From Promethearchaeota archaeon (lineage in GTDB: Archaea > Asgardarchaeota > Lokiarchaeia > Sigyniarchaeales > SOKP01): a stretch of 40,220 nucleotides of DNA. Made by a program: the position numbers and the translations under genes. The stretch covers positions 1 through 40,220 of the forward strand of contig JBHLME010000030.1 in the NCBI GenBank assembly GCA_048938445.1. Reading direction: 5' to 3'. Below, piece after piece: positions 1-9,670 of the stretch. A model generated the notes under the pieces. The model was not told where the DNA came from and searched no databases. It saw only the letters and a program-made list of their open reading frames with translations. Each line of letters starts with the position of its first letter. Positions within the stretch are counted from its first letter, which is position 1.

Positions 1-14
1 TAATAACATGAGTC

Positions 15-686
15 GTGGAACTGAACTTGGAGCATATAGAGAGAAATTTTCGAATCTTAGAAAAGCATTTGATTGATTTAATGGATAAGACTCTTGAATA
101 TGGGAATACGTTAATCGATGAAGAGTTAAATCTAGGTGTATTTAATGTTATAGCTAAACCTTTTATAAAATCATTTTATAACTATTGGAAAAATAATGAT
201 GCTAGACAAGGAACTCTCCTACAGATCAAAACTACTTTAGATTGTGGAAAATTTATATGCCTCAATGGCAATAGTTCGAAAGAGAAATTTGATGAGGTTG
301 TGGACCAAAATTTTTTTAAATATCTGCAAGGAGATCAAGTTTATCGTCAATGTAAGAAAGACCATAAAAACTTTAAGAAATTAAAGGAAATTGTCAAATG
401 GGCATTTATTTCGGGATTAGAAGAAGCAATTATCTGCTTAAAAGTCCAAGATCCAATTGAAGATTATGAGAGCTTAGTTAGAGCTGCGTTCAAAACTAAG
501 GAAGAAGCGATTAAAGTTTTAGTAAAGCAATTAGATTTTACAGATGAGAGTTTACAAATTATTGAAGATGATTTAAATATTTTAAAATTACCTACAGGAA
601 AAAACATTTTAATAAAAACTTTAAGAAAGGGAGTAAACCAGAATCGCATTAACATGATAAATGACCTCGATAAGATTTATAAATAA
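15..686 (+). CDS. Hypothetical soluble, probably all-helical protein (223 aa, GTG start)
   Basis: Long ORF with typical codon usage and amphipathic helical pattern; no motif recognised; start uncertain at the window edge. Confidence 0.7.
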   Translation: MELNLEHIERNFRILEKHLIDLMDKTLEYGNTLIDEELNLGVFNVIAKPFIKSFYNYWKNNDARQGTLLQIKTTLDCGKFICLNGNSSKEKFDEVVDQNFFKYLQGDQVYRQCKKDHKNFKKLKEIVKWAFISGLEEAIICLKVQDPIEDYESLVRAAFKTKEEAIKVLVKQLDFTDESLQIIEDDLNILKLPTGKNILIKTLRKGVNQNRINMINDLDKIYK

Positions 687-744
687 AATTCTTTGAGAAT
701 AAGGTTCCTTCTTTCACTAATCAATAAGAGAAATTATCTATATC

Positions 745-1821
745 ATGATTTCTATAAAAAATAACAGTATTGTATTAAAATTAAAAGAGAAAGGTCCTTT
801 AAGATTCATATTTCAGAATATCTTAATAAGTTTTTTAATTATTATGATATATTTTTATATTTCAGAATTATCTGGTTCAATATCAACTATATATCTCAAT
901 AATCAATCTTTTACCATAGAATTTGGAATTACTCTAGTTATTTTTACGATATTGGTTAAAGTGAGTGGTGCTTTTCATGGGATTATTGCAGGTTTTAGTG
1001 GCGAATTGTTATATCAAATCGCATTCTATAATAGTGTATATCTTGAATGGTGCATTATCGTTGGATTTTATGGATTCATTTTTGGTCTTTACAAATATAA
1101 ACCATTAAAGTATCAATCAAGTAAAAATATATATTTAACGTTGATCTCATTAATTTTGGCAGGTATTTTAAGTAGTCTTTTTATAATTCTTCTTTTTTAT
1201 ATTTTATTTTATTATTCTCTTAGTCTTTATACAATTTTCATAGCATATGGATTTAAATTTTTCATTCAGTCAATTATATCCACATTATTAATTGTTCCTA
1301 TTGTATTATATATGTATGATAGATTTCTTGCATTAAAAGAACACAATATATACAATGAAATTTTAACTCATCATCCACTTTCGGAGGAGGGAGTAACTCA
1401 CACATTTTACTTAAGATTAGGACGTTCTAGAGTTTATTTATGTTCACGTTGTTCTGGGATGTTTATAGGAGTTATTAGTTCTTTTTCATTTCTACATGTA
1501 ATAGAAAAAATCTTTAAAAGCCAATATAGTCCTGAACTGGCAATTCTCTCATGTCTCATTCTTCCAATACCTGGACTAGTTGATTGGTGTTTACAAGCAA
1601 TACAAATTCGTTCAAGTAATACAAAAAGAAGATTATTATCTGGATTTTTAATAGGTATCGCACTACACATGATTGCATTCACGACAAAGTATTATATTTA
1701 TTTACTACTTATTCTTTTAACATATTTTGGAATTTTTTTCTATTTTCTTTATAAAAAGCAAAAAATTCTAAAAAAACAGTTTGAAAAAGAATTTAATCAC
1801 TTACAAGATATAGATAAATAA
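745..1821 (+). CDS. Membrane protein: N-terminal ECF S-component-like domain fused to C-terminal DUF2085-like domain
   Basis: GAFHGIIAGFSGELLYQ...EWCIIVGFYGFIFG fits the S-component pattern; THHP...LCSRCSGMFIG...PGLVDWCLQ...SSNTKRRLLSGFLIG fits DUF2085 (CxRCxG). Confidence 0.6.
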   Translation: MISIKNNSIVLKLKEKGPLRFIFQNILISFLIIMIYFYISELSGSISTIYLNNQSFTIEFGITLVIFTILVKVSGAFHGIIAGFSGELLYQIAFYNSVYLEWCIIVGFYGFIFGLYKYKPLKYQSSKNIYLTLISLILAGILSSLFIILLFYILFYYSLSLYTIFIAYGFKFFIQSIISTLLIVPIVLYMYDRFLALKEHNIYNEILTHHPLSEEGVTHTFYLRLGRSRVYLCSRCSGMFIGVISSFSFLHVIEKIFKSQYSPELAILSCLILPIPGLVDWCLQAIQIRSSNTKRRLLSGFLIGIALHMIAFTTKYYIYLLLILLTYFGIFFYFLYKKQKILKKQFEKEFNHLQDIDK

Positions 1822-1900
1822 ATATATGTTATAAACTTAAGAAGTAGTTTATAATTTAAAACAAGTTATAATAAAAAATCACTTTTTAAAACAAAAAGAA

Positions 1901-2386
1901 ATGAAAAATATTATATTCATACACGGTTATTTGAGTTCAGGTAAAGGATTTAAAGGTAAATTTCTCAAAAAAATTTTTCCTCAAATTCTTACTCCAAACT
2001 TTAAAGGTTATTTAGATAAAAGAATGAAAAAATTAGAAGCAATTTTAAAAGGAGAAGATAACTGGATAATAATTGGATCGAGTTATGGAGGTTTGATGGG
2101 ATCTTTATATGCATGTAAATACCCTGAAAAGGTGAAAAAACTCATTTTATTAGCACCATATATCATATCCAACGATATAGATCCAAATAACCTTAAAAAT
2201 GTCCCTATAGATATTCCGGTCATAGCATATCATGGAATTAAAGACAAAACTGTAAATTTAGATAAAGCACGCTCTCGGGCGGAAAAATTATTCTCAAATT
2301 TATCATATAATGCTGTTGATGATGATCATGGACTTGACAAAACCATGTATGATATCAAATGGAAGGAACTTTTAGAAAAAGAATGA
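1901..2386 (+). CDS. Small alpha/beta hydrolase (YqiA/UPF0227-like esterase)
   Basis: FIHG oxyanion motif, GSSYGG nucleophile elbow, LILLAP, HGIKDKTV (Asp), DDDHGL (His). Confidence 0.85.
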   Translation: MKNIIFIHGYLSSGKGFKGKFLKKIFPQILTPNFKGYLDKRMKKLEAILKGEDNWIIIGSSYGGLMGSLYACKYPEKVKKLILLAPYIISNDIDPNNLKNVPIDIPVIAYHGIKDKTVNLDKARSRAEKLFSNLSYNAVDDDHGLDKTMYDIKWKELLEKE

Positions 2387-2495
2387 GAAAAATTGGACTC
2401 CAATTTTTTTAAATGTAAAATTAAATTTAAAATAATAAAGGAATAATAAAAATAATGTGCTGATATATTTATAATTGTGAATGATGTGATATATA

Positions 2496-4154
2496 ATGAC
2501 TAAAAAGAGATATGAATGTAGTGAATGTGGATTTTTATTTCCTTCAGAATTATCAAGTTTAATAGATGAGAGAACTCAAGTATATTGTGAAAGATGTGGC
2601 ACTCCATTTTCTATTAAAGGAGTAGTTTTTAAACCTTACTCTTCACCAAAAACAGAAACACCTACAGAGAAATCAAAATCTGGAGCATCACCGATGCCTA
2701 TATACCAAAAACCAAAGCCTCGAGTAGGAAGAGAAGAAATAAAATTTCAATATAAGGTAACAGAAAAAGATAAGGAAACCATAAACAAGTTTATCCAGTT
2801 TTTAAATATATTAACATCTATCCCCCTTTATGCAATCTCATTTTACATTTTAGGATTTTTATTATTCGATGTTATTATGTTTATATTCTTTAGACCCCCC
2901 TATACTCCCATGCTTGAAGTACATGTTATTAATTTCATTGGTAAGGGGATTTCTGGATTTGGAGCTCTATTTATTGCTAGTTATGATGCTTTTTACATTT
3001 CAAAAAAGGTGAAAGAGAAGAAATATAATGAAATAGCCGTTGATGCAATTTGTTGGGGTATTCTTGGTTGTATATATTTTGGAATTGGAGTACCTCTTCT
3101 TTTAAAAGGGATTGCGGTTTTCATATATAACTTAGTACAACGTAAAAACGTTGCCCATAATGTAAAGAATTCCTTAAATCATTTTTCTGCACTAGCAGGA
3201 ATTGTCATAGGGATTTTAGCAATATCCTTTACCTTACAAAACATTTTGAATTTTCAGGACTATGTTTATTTTATAGGACCTGAAATAACTGTGAGATTTT
3301 TTGGTTTTATTCGAACAATAAAATTTTCTCAATTTATTCTTTCCATAATTGTCATTGCTACAATGGGTATAATAATTTTAATTATTGACCTTGTAATGAG
3401 AAAACAAATTAATCAGAAGGATAAAATTGGAATTGGAGATGCTATATCCGTCTTAATTATTGGAATTATTGGTGTTGCGAGTGTTGTCATAGGAATTTTC
3501 ATTTTACTTAAAGGAGCACTTTTATTCTTAATGATTATTTTCCAACCCAAGAAAACTCCAGTACCTAAGGTTGAAATGGATCAAAAAATCCCTGAGCAAG
3601 TAAAGGAAGAGATGATAGCTGAAGAAACTACTAAAACTGAAATTCAACCTCCCGTTTTAGAAGAAATACCCGAAGAGATCAAGCTTACTAAGCAAGAAGA
3701 GAAAATGATAAAAAAGCACGTTAAAAAGACTGAAAAATTGAAAAAAGAATATGAAAAAGAGCCAACACCTGAGAAAGAATATGAACTAAAACTCCATGAA
3801 TCTCTCTTACCTGTATCAGATGAAAAAGATAAGGAATTAATTAAAGCATATTTCACAAAAATATTTACCGTATTATCGAAAGATGTAAAAAATCAGATTA
3901 AAAACTTAAAAATTTCAAAAAAGGAAAAAAATGAATTATTGCAAGAGTTTGCGTTCTTGACGAGGGATGAGCAAGTAAAATATATCGAAGCAATCATTAA
4001 CATGTATCAAGAAATTCCCAAAAAATTAATAGATCGAATCAGAAAACTACCTAATGTGCAACCTAAACATTATGATAAGATAATTGATCAGTTAAAATAC
4101 TTAGATTTCGATGAACAGCTGAGATTCATTCAATTCTTAGAGGAAAATGCATGA
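2496..4154 (+). CDS. Zinc-ribbon membrane protein with a duplicated TM module and C-terminal tandem helical repeats
   Basis: CSECG...CERCG at the N-terminus; about 7-8 hydrophobic segments; charged linker; two C-terminal L-x-x-DEQ-x-x-(Y/F)I repeats. Confidence 0.7.
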   Translation: MTKKRYECSECGFLFPSELSSLIDERTQVYCERCGTPFSIKGVVFKPYSSPKTETPTEKSKSGASPMPIYQKPKPRVGREEIKFQYKVTEKDKETINKFIQFLNILTSIPLYAISFYILGFLLFDVIMFIFFRPPYTPMLEVHVINFIGKGISGFGALFIASYDAFYISKKVKEKKYNEIAVDAICWGILGCIYFGIGVPLLLKGIAVFIYNLVQRKNVAHNVKNSLNHFSALAGIVIGILAISFTLQNILNFQDYVYFIGPEITVRFFGFIRTIKFSQFILSIIVIATMGIIILIIDLVMRKQINQKDKIGIGDAISVLIIGIIGVASVVIGIFILLKGALLFLMIIFQPKKTPVPKVEMDQKIPEQVKEEMIAEETTKTEIQPPVLEEIPEEIKLTKQEEKMIKKHVKKTEKLKKEYEKEPTPEKEYELKLHESLLPVSDEKDKELIKAYFTKIFTVLSKDVKNQIKNLKISKKEKNELLQEFAFLTRDEQVKYIEAIINMYQEIPKKLIDRIRKLPNVQPKHYDKIIDQLKYLDFDEQLRFIQFLEENA

Positions 4155-4169
4155 GGGGTTGTAAAAAAA

Positions 4170-5081
4170 ATGTCACTCGAGAGAAGAAGAGATACAAAGG
4201 AAATTGAAGAAGAAAAATCATTGGAAAGTAGTAACTTTAGACAGGATGATTTTACACCCTTAGGACAAAAAACAGTATTAACTGAAGCGATTGAATTAGA
4301 GGAGTATGAGGATGTTGAGATTGTTGATGAATTAAATGAAGTTGAGGTTGATGTTCTTGATGTTGCGAAGGAAGTTTTAAAACTTAAACGATATGATGCA
4401 GAATTTGAAATTGTATCAGAAAAGGATAAAATTCAGAAATTTCCAATAATAGAAAAACTATATGCTCAATGTATAGGGAAATTATCTTATAGAAAAGGAT
4501 ACAGTAAGGAAGATATTTTTCTTGCCATTCGAGGTTTAGAAGAAAAAAATTGGATTGTAACTAATGAAAGACGAACTAAACTTGAAATCTTAACAAATGA
4601 GAAATTAGTTAAAATCCTTGATTTTATTAAAGAAAATCCCGGAATCCATGCAAGAGATGAAAAAATCGAGAAAGAATTAAAAATTAGTAGAACCCCCTTT
4701 TTAAAACATATCATGACCTTAGAACGCTTTAAACTCATAAGATCGACGAAAATTGGAAAAAGTCTTCATTATTTTCAAGAAGACGTTCCTGAAGATTATG
4801 ATGAATTAAAAATTATTTTTCTGAATCCCCTCATCCCTCAAATATTAACAGAAATCTTCAAAGATGAATCTATTAAGATGACACAATTAGGTGAAAACCT
4901 TGATATATATCCCGGAACAATACAATATCATATTAAAAAGCTAACTGAACTGAATTTACTCAAAACCGCAGAGAATAAAAAAACAGGAAAGAAGATTTAT
5001 TTAGCAAATTTCGAATTATTAAAAAAATACAATGAGTTCTTCAAGGAACCCGATTTTTCAACTCTTTTGCAGGGGATTTAA
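4170..5081 (+). CDS. Winged-helix transcriptional regulator with tandem wHTH domains (ArsR/MarR-like) and an acidic N-terminus
   Basis: ILDFIKENPGIH...LKISRTPFLKHIMTLERFKLI and MTQLGENLDIYPGTIQYHIKKLTELNLL HTH patterns. Confidence 0.8.
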   Translation: MSLERRRDTKEIEEEKSLESSNFRQDDFTPLGQKTVLTEAIELEEYEDVEIVDELNEVEVDVLDVAKEVLKLKRYDAEFEIVSEKDKIQKFPIIEKLYAQCIGKLSYRKGYSKEDIFLAIRGLEEKNWIVTNERRTKLEILTNEKLVKILDFIKENPGIHARDEKIEKELKISRTPFLKHIMTLERFKLIRSTKIGKSLHYFQEDVPEDYDELKIIFLNPLIPQILTEIFKDESIKMTQLGENLDIYPGTIQYHIKKLTELNLLKTAENKKTGKKIYLANFELLKKYNEFFKEPDFSTLLQGI

Positions 5082-5105
5082 TTCCTTTCCCTCTTATTTA
5101 TTATA

Positions 5106-5984
5106 TTAAATCAAATTTGATTTAATTTTTGGTAAGGAATTTACTAAAAGATCAATAGCTCTTTTCATACCTGTTTCCATATCAGGATGTAATATATTAG
5201 AATTGAATAAATCATATTTAGGATGACATGGTAAATCTGAAACAGATAAAATAGAGGCTGATTTAATATCATAAAATTTGCTCAGTAAGAACAAGACTGA
5301 ATTTTCCATGTCAATGCCTTGAACACCTATAGATTTAATAGATGCTATAAATTCTTCTGTTTCACAAAAAAGCGCATCTGTTGTCCAAAAATCCACATGA
5401 TTAACTCTATTTAAACCTCGAATATTGGCTTCATTTAAAATAATGTTGTTTAAACCTTGATCCGGTTCTGAAATGAATATTTTTTCATTTCCTATTTTAA
5501 GATTTAATGCTTTTGAATCGGGATTATTGATAAATTTGAGATGATCTAGTTCTTTTAAAAATTTTAAAATATATTGAGGAGATGTACCATCGCCACAATA
5601 AGACATTTTAGGAATAAGTATATCACCTATCGAAATATTAGTTTTATCATTCGAGATACCACCACAAAGATCTACACGAATAATTATTTTTGTTGTACAT
5701 CGTTTTAAACTTTCCACTGCAATAGCCGCATTTGGACTACCAACTAAAGATCGTATTATACTGACTTTCACACCATTTAAATATCCATTATAAACCCTTC
5801 CATGAACACTTTTATTTTTTAATTTAGATATGAGACTTTTCATCACATTCTTAACAGCAGGTAAAATGACAATTTCATTTACATTAGAAGGTCTTGTTTC
5901 TAAAAATATGCGCACGATTTTTTCATCTATACTAATGAATTTCAGTCCAAAATTTAACACTTCACTCTTTATCTTTTCAAACAT
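5106..5984 (-). CDS. Nucleoside phosphorylase (PNP/UDP family, DeoD/Udp-like)
   Basis: VYNGYLNGVKVSII, VGSPNAAIAVE, IIRVDLCGGI, GDGTS, WTTDALFCE, GIDMENS, SVSD motifs. Confidence 0.8.
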   Translation of the reverse strand: MFEKIKSEVLNFGLKFISIDEKIVRIFLETRPSNVNEIVILPAVKNVMKSLISKLKNKSVHGRVYNGYLNGVKVSIIRSLVGSPNAAIAVESLKRCTTKIIIRVDLCGGISNDKTNISIGDILIPKMSYCGDGTSPQYILKFLKELDHLKFINNPDSKALNLKIGNEKIFISEPDQGLNNIILNEANIRGLNRVNHVDFWTTDALFCETEEFIASIKSIGVQGIDMENSVLFLLSKFYDIKSASILSVSDLPCHPKYDLFNSNILHPDMETGMKRAIDLLVNSLPKIKSNLI

Positions 5985-6078
5985 TGGATCAAGATCACTT
6001 TTCAGGTTCTTTATTTAATTCAAAACTTATAATTATTAATAGTTTTTTTTATTTAATTTCGATAAATATTGATATTAT

Positions 6079-7371
6079 ATGAGAAATCGCTTCATAGAGA
6101 ATAACAAAATTACAAATGAATTCATTGAATCCTACGTTAAAACTACCTATCGTATTGTTGGTAATAATAAACATTCTGCTTTAAAACCTTGCCACTGGTT
6201 TGAACAGCGTTTAATGACTGGGAGAGATAATCGTAATTGTTATAAGGGAGTTTTTGGAATTAAAAGTCATAGGTGCCTACAAAATACTCCTTCGCTTCCT
6301 TTTTGTAATCATCAGTGTATTTTTTGTTGGAGAGATATAGAAAGTGGCATGCTGGGAAGCGATTTTATTGTAGAACCTGATGAACCAAAAGTAATAATCG
6401 ATGAATTGGTTCGTCATCAACAAGACATTGTCAAAAATCATTTACCATTGAGGAGATATGTTGAAAACTATGAAGTAATGATTGATCTCTTATATTTCAT
6501 GCTTAAAAATCCTAAGGTACAAAATATTGATATATTAGCAAAAAAAATGGGATTGAGCAGAAAAATAATCGAACGTGCTTTTAATCTTTTAAAAAATCGT
6601 GATTTTTTACAACCTATTAATTCAAATCTTAGAGATTATGAATTAGATGAAGATATTAAATGTTGTATTGATTCTAGAGAAGAAATTCAAGAGTTAATCG
6701 ATAGAGAGCTAACTACTCCAGACGAAATCATAAAAGCTCATCATGAAGCCATGAATCCAAATCATGCTGCTATCTCTCTTGATGGTGAACCTCTATTATA
6801 TCCTAAAATTAGCGAATTTGTTAAGGAATTTACGAATAGAGATATGAGTACCTTTATAGTAACAAATGGAACTTTACCCGAGAAGCTAGAAAGCATGGAT
6901 TCTTTACCTTCTCAATTGTATATCACATTACCTGCTTGTAATGAAAAAATGTATAAACAAATTTGCCGTCCAATGATTAAAAATGGATGGAATGCGTTAA
7001 ATACTTCTTTAAATTTATTAGAGTCATTGTCTTGCAGGACTTTAGTACGACTTACTGCGATTAAAGATTTAAACATAAATGATCAATTGATAAAGGATTA
7101 TATAAAATTAATAGAACAAGCAAATCCTAATTTTTTTGAAATCAAGGGTTTTACATTACAAGCAAAAGCCTTATTGATCAAAGAACGATTAAAATCAGAA
7201 AAGCAAGTTCAAGATTTCTTTCCAGATTATAAATATCTTGAATCAATTGCGTCTAAATTCGAAAGTGTAAGTGGATTTCCATTAATTTATAAAAATAAAG
7301 ATAGTAGGGACTTTTTATTCGCTGTTAACTGGGATAAAGATAAAGATCCAAGATTAAGCTCAAAAATTTAG
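6079..7371 (+). CDS. taw1: 4-demethylwyosine synthase (radical SAM, Taw1/TYW1) with an internal wHTH-like insert
   Basis: HSALKPCHW, CYK (Schiff-base Lys), GIKSHRCLQNTP, CNHQCIFCWR, HAAISLDGEP, TFIVTNGT. Confidence 0.92.
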   Translation: MRNRFIENNKITNEFIESYVKTTYRIVGNNKHSALKPCHWFEQRLMTGRDNRNCYKGVFGIKSHRCLQNTPSLPFCNHQCIFCWRDIESGMLGSDFIVEPDEPKVIIDELVRHQQDIVKNHLPLRRYVENYEVMIDLLYFMLKNPKVQNIDILAKKMGLSRKIIERAFNLLKNRDFLQPINSNLRDYELDEDIKCCIDSREEIQELIDRELTTPDEIIKAHHEAMNPNHAAISLDGEPLLYPKISEFVKEFTNRDMSTFIVTNGTLPEKLESMDSLPSQLYITLPACNEKMYKQICRPMIKNGWNALNTSLNLLESLSCRTLVRLTAIKDLNINDQLIKDYIKLIEQANPNFFEIKGFTLQAKALLIKERLKSEKQVQDFFPDYKYLESIASKFESVSGFPLIYKNKDSRDFLFAVNWDKDKDPRLSSKI

Positions 7372-8594
7372 CTCAGTAATATCTGCATGAATTGCTCTCC
7401 ATTTGGTACATGCCCATATTCACCTTCTCTACCTGAAATCTCTGAAAACTTTCGTAATTTTTCTGATTTAAATGGTTGGGTTGGGTTGTAAATGGCAAAT
7501 GGAACAGGATCTCCACAGTGCGTTCTTATTTTACAAGGTGTTGGATGGTCAGGTAAAACTGCAATTACAAGTTCATCATTAAAATCTTTTTGAGCTTCAA
7601 TAAAAGAATTTACAATTAAGTCATCGAAATCTTGTACAGCGGATATTTTTCGTTTTATATCTCCAGCATGAGACATCTCATCGGCAGCTTCCACGTGTAA
7701 ATATATATAATCATTATTTTTAAGGAATTTTAATGCGGCTTCCACCTTTCCCTTATAATTAGTGTCAGGTAATCCAGTAGCACCTTTTACCCGTATAGCT
7801 TTAAGTCCTGCAGCAATACCAATTCCAAAAATTAAATCAACAGCAGATATGACCGCCCCTTTTAATCCAAATTTTGATTTGAATGATTCAATATTAGGTT
7901 TCTTACCTCCACCCCATGGCCAAACATGAGTAGCCATAAGTTTTCCGTTATTCAATCTCTTTTTATTGATTTCATGACCTATAAGATATTTATTACTTGT
8001 TTCAATGAGTTCATTCAAGTAATTTGCTGTCATTTTAGCTTTTTCATCATCAGAATTCTTTGCTTTTGCTAAAAAATTCCTATAATTCTTGTCAAGTTGG
8101 TCATGCGGAGGAGTTAATACTAGATTTTCTGAAAATTTATTTCCATCAAGTCTTAATATGTGGCGATATTGAACACCTGGAAAAAAATCTACGCCCTCAT
8201 CTTTTAATTGAGACTGAAGCATTTCGATTAATGGCCTTGCTTCTTCAGTAGAAATGTGTCCAGAGGAATAATCCTTTATCAATCCTTTATCTATATTAAT
8301 GAGATTACATCTAAAAGCAATATCCGTGCTGTTCAATGGGACATTAGCGCTAAGTGCTTCTAATGCCCCACGACCAGTGAGGTCTTTTTCAGGACGATAT
8401 CCCATAATACTCATATTACCTACCTCACTTCCAGGATGCATTCCTTTCGGAACTGTTTGTAATGTTCCCATCTTACCATGACTTGCGATCCAATCCATCG
8501 ATTTTGTATCCGCTACCTCAAAAATGGTTTTGTTTCCAAGGCTTTCGATTGGCCAGTCTGCGGCACCATCACATATTAAAACTGCATATTTCAT
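7368..8594 (-). CDS. apgM: Cofactor-independent phosphoglycerate mutase, archaeal type
   Basis: DGAAD, PGSEVGN, GRGALEA, AFRCN, HVEAADEMSHAGD, PDHPTP, HCGDPVPF. Confidence 0.92.
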   Translation of the reverse strand: MKYAVLICDGAADWPIESLGNKTIFEVADTKSMDWIASHGKMGTLQTVPKGMHPGSEVGNMSIMGYRPEKDLTGRGALEALSANVPLNSTDIAFRCNLINIDKGLIKDYSSGHISTEEARPLIEMLQSQLKDEGVDFFPGVQYRHILRLDGNKFSENLVLTPPHDQLDKNYRNFLAKAKNSDDEKAKMTANYLNELIETSNKYLIGHEINKKRLNNGKLMATHVWPWGGGKKPNIESFKSKFGLKGAVISAVDLIFGIGIAAGLKAIRVKGATGLPDTNYKGKVEAALKFLKNNDYIYLHVEAADEMSHAGDIKRKISAVQDFDDLIVNSFIEAQKDFNDELVIAVLPDHPTPCKIRTHCGDPVPFAIYNPTQPFKSEKLRKFSEISGREGEYGHVPNGEQFMQILLS

Positions 8595-8641
8595 GCTACA
8601 AAGATCTGAAATAAAGATACTTTTAAAATTTAATGTTCTTA

Positions 8642-9499
8642 TTAAACACCAAAACCAGGATAATAATAATCAGAAATTTTCGTGAGATCTTCTTTAAAAT
8701 ATTTGTCTAATATATTTAAAATAAAATCTAAATATGAAAAAGAAAATTTCTTTTTATAAAATTCCTCTAATTTTGAAATAAGCGCTTTTTTTCCAATTTT
8801 TTCCGGATCTTTGAATGATTTTAACCATTCAATCATTTTTAATGATATTTCAAAAGCCTTAGTAATTTCATTTTTAATGAGAATTAAACTGGATTTTTGA
8901 TCAGGTTCTTCAATGAATTTCTGAACTATTTTATTTTCGATCTTCATTGATTTTGTTTTTGATTTTCTTAATTTATCTTGAATTACTCTGTAACTATCAA
9001 TTACTAAGTGTTCACTGTATTTTTTCTTATGTTTTCTATATTCTGTTCTATTTAAGATTGAAATGTTAATTTTAAAATTAGTATTAAATATGTATTCATA
9101 AAAATTAGAAATATGTTTATTTAAAAATTCCAAATCATTAATTATTAATATCTTTTGGTTTAATAAACATGATTGGACAACTTTAGCTAAAAAATCAGGT
9201 TTAAAATTCAAAGTTATGAGAGAAACATCCAAGAGCTCTTTATTAGGTACAATACTTTCATCAACTTTATGGTCTAAATCAATCTCTGGAAGTTTAATTT
9301 CGAAATCTGCTATAAAACAATCTCTAACCATCGCGTTTTTATCTATATACACCACAAAAGAGTGATTACATATCGTGTTATTCTCTATATTAATAGCTAT
9401 AATTCCTTTAGAACTTTGAGCAATTCTAAGAGCATCAATCTCAACAGTTCCCTTTTTTGAACATTCAGGACAGTTTATTTTTATTATTTCAGTAGGCAT
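8642..9499 (-). CDS. Hypothetical protein: N-terminal zinc ribbon (CPEC...CNH), central DENN-like alpha/beta segment, C-terminal helical domain
   Basis: CPECSK and CNHSFVVYID motifs; LAKVVQSCLLNQKILII segment. Confidence 0.6.
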   Translation of the reverse strand: MPTEIIKINCPECSKKGTVEIDALRIAQSSKGIIAINIENNTICNHSFVVYIDKNAMVRDCFIADFEIKLPEIDLDHKVDESIVPNKELLDVSLITLNFKPDFLAKVVQSCLLNQKILIINDLEFLNKHISNFYEYIFNTNFKINISILNRTEYRKHKKKYSEHLVIDSYRVIQDKLRKSKTKSMKIENKIVQKFIEEPDQKSSLILIKNEITKAFEISLKMIEWLKSFKDPEKIGKKALISKLEEFYKKKFSFSYLDFILNILDKYFKEDLTKISDYYYPGFGV

Positions 9500-9670
9500 T
9501 ATCTTTACATCAAATTTCTGTAATATAATTATAAACTATAAAAAAAGTTAAAATTTTTATAAGATCTTTTAAATCTTTAGATATTATTTTATGATATTAA
9601 AAAAATAATAAGAAAAATATATAAATATATCTCTGAAATTAAAAATAATAATTTTAACGGATGATTTATA

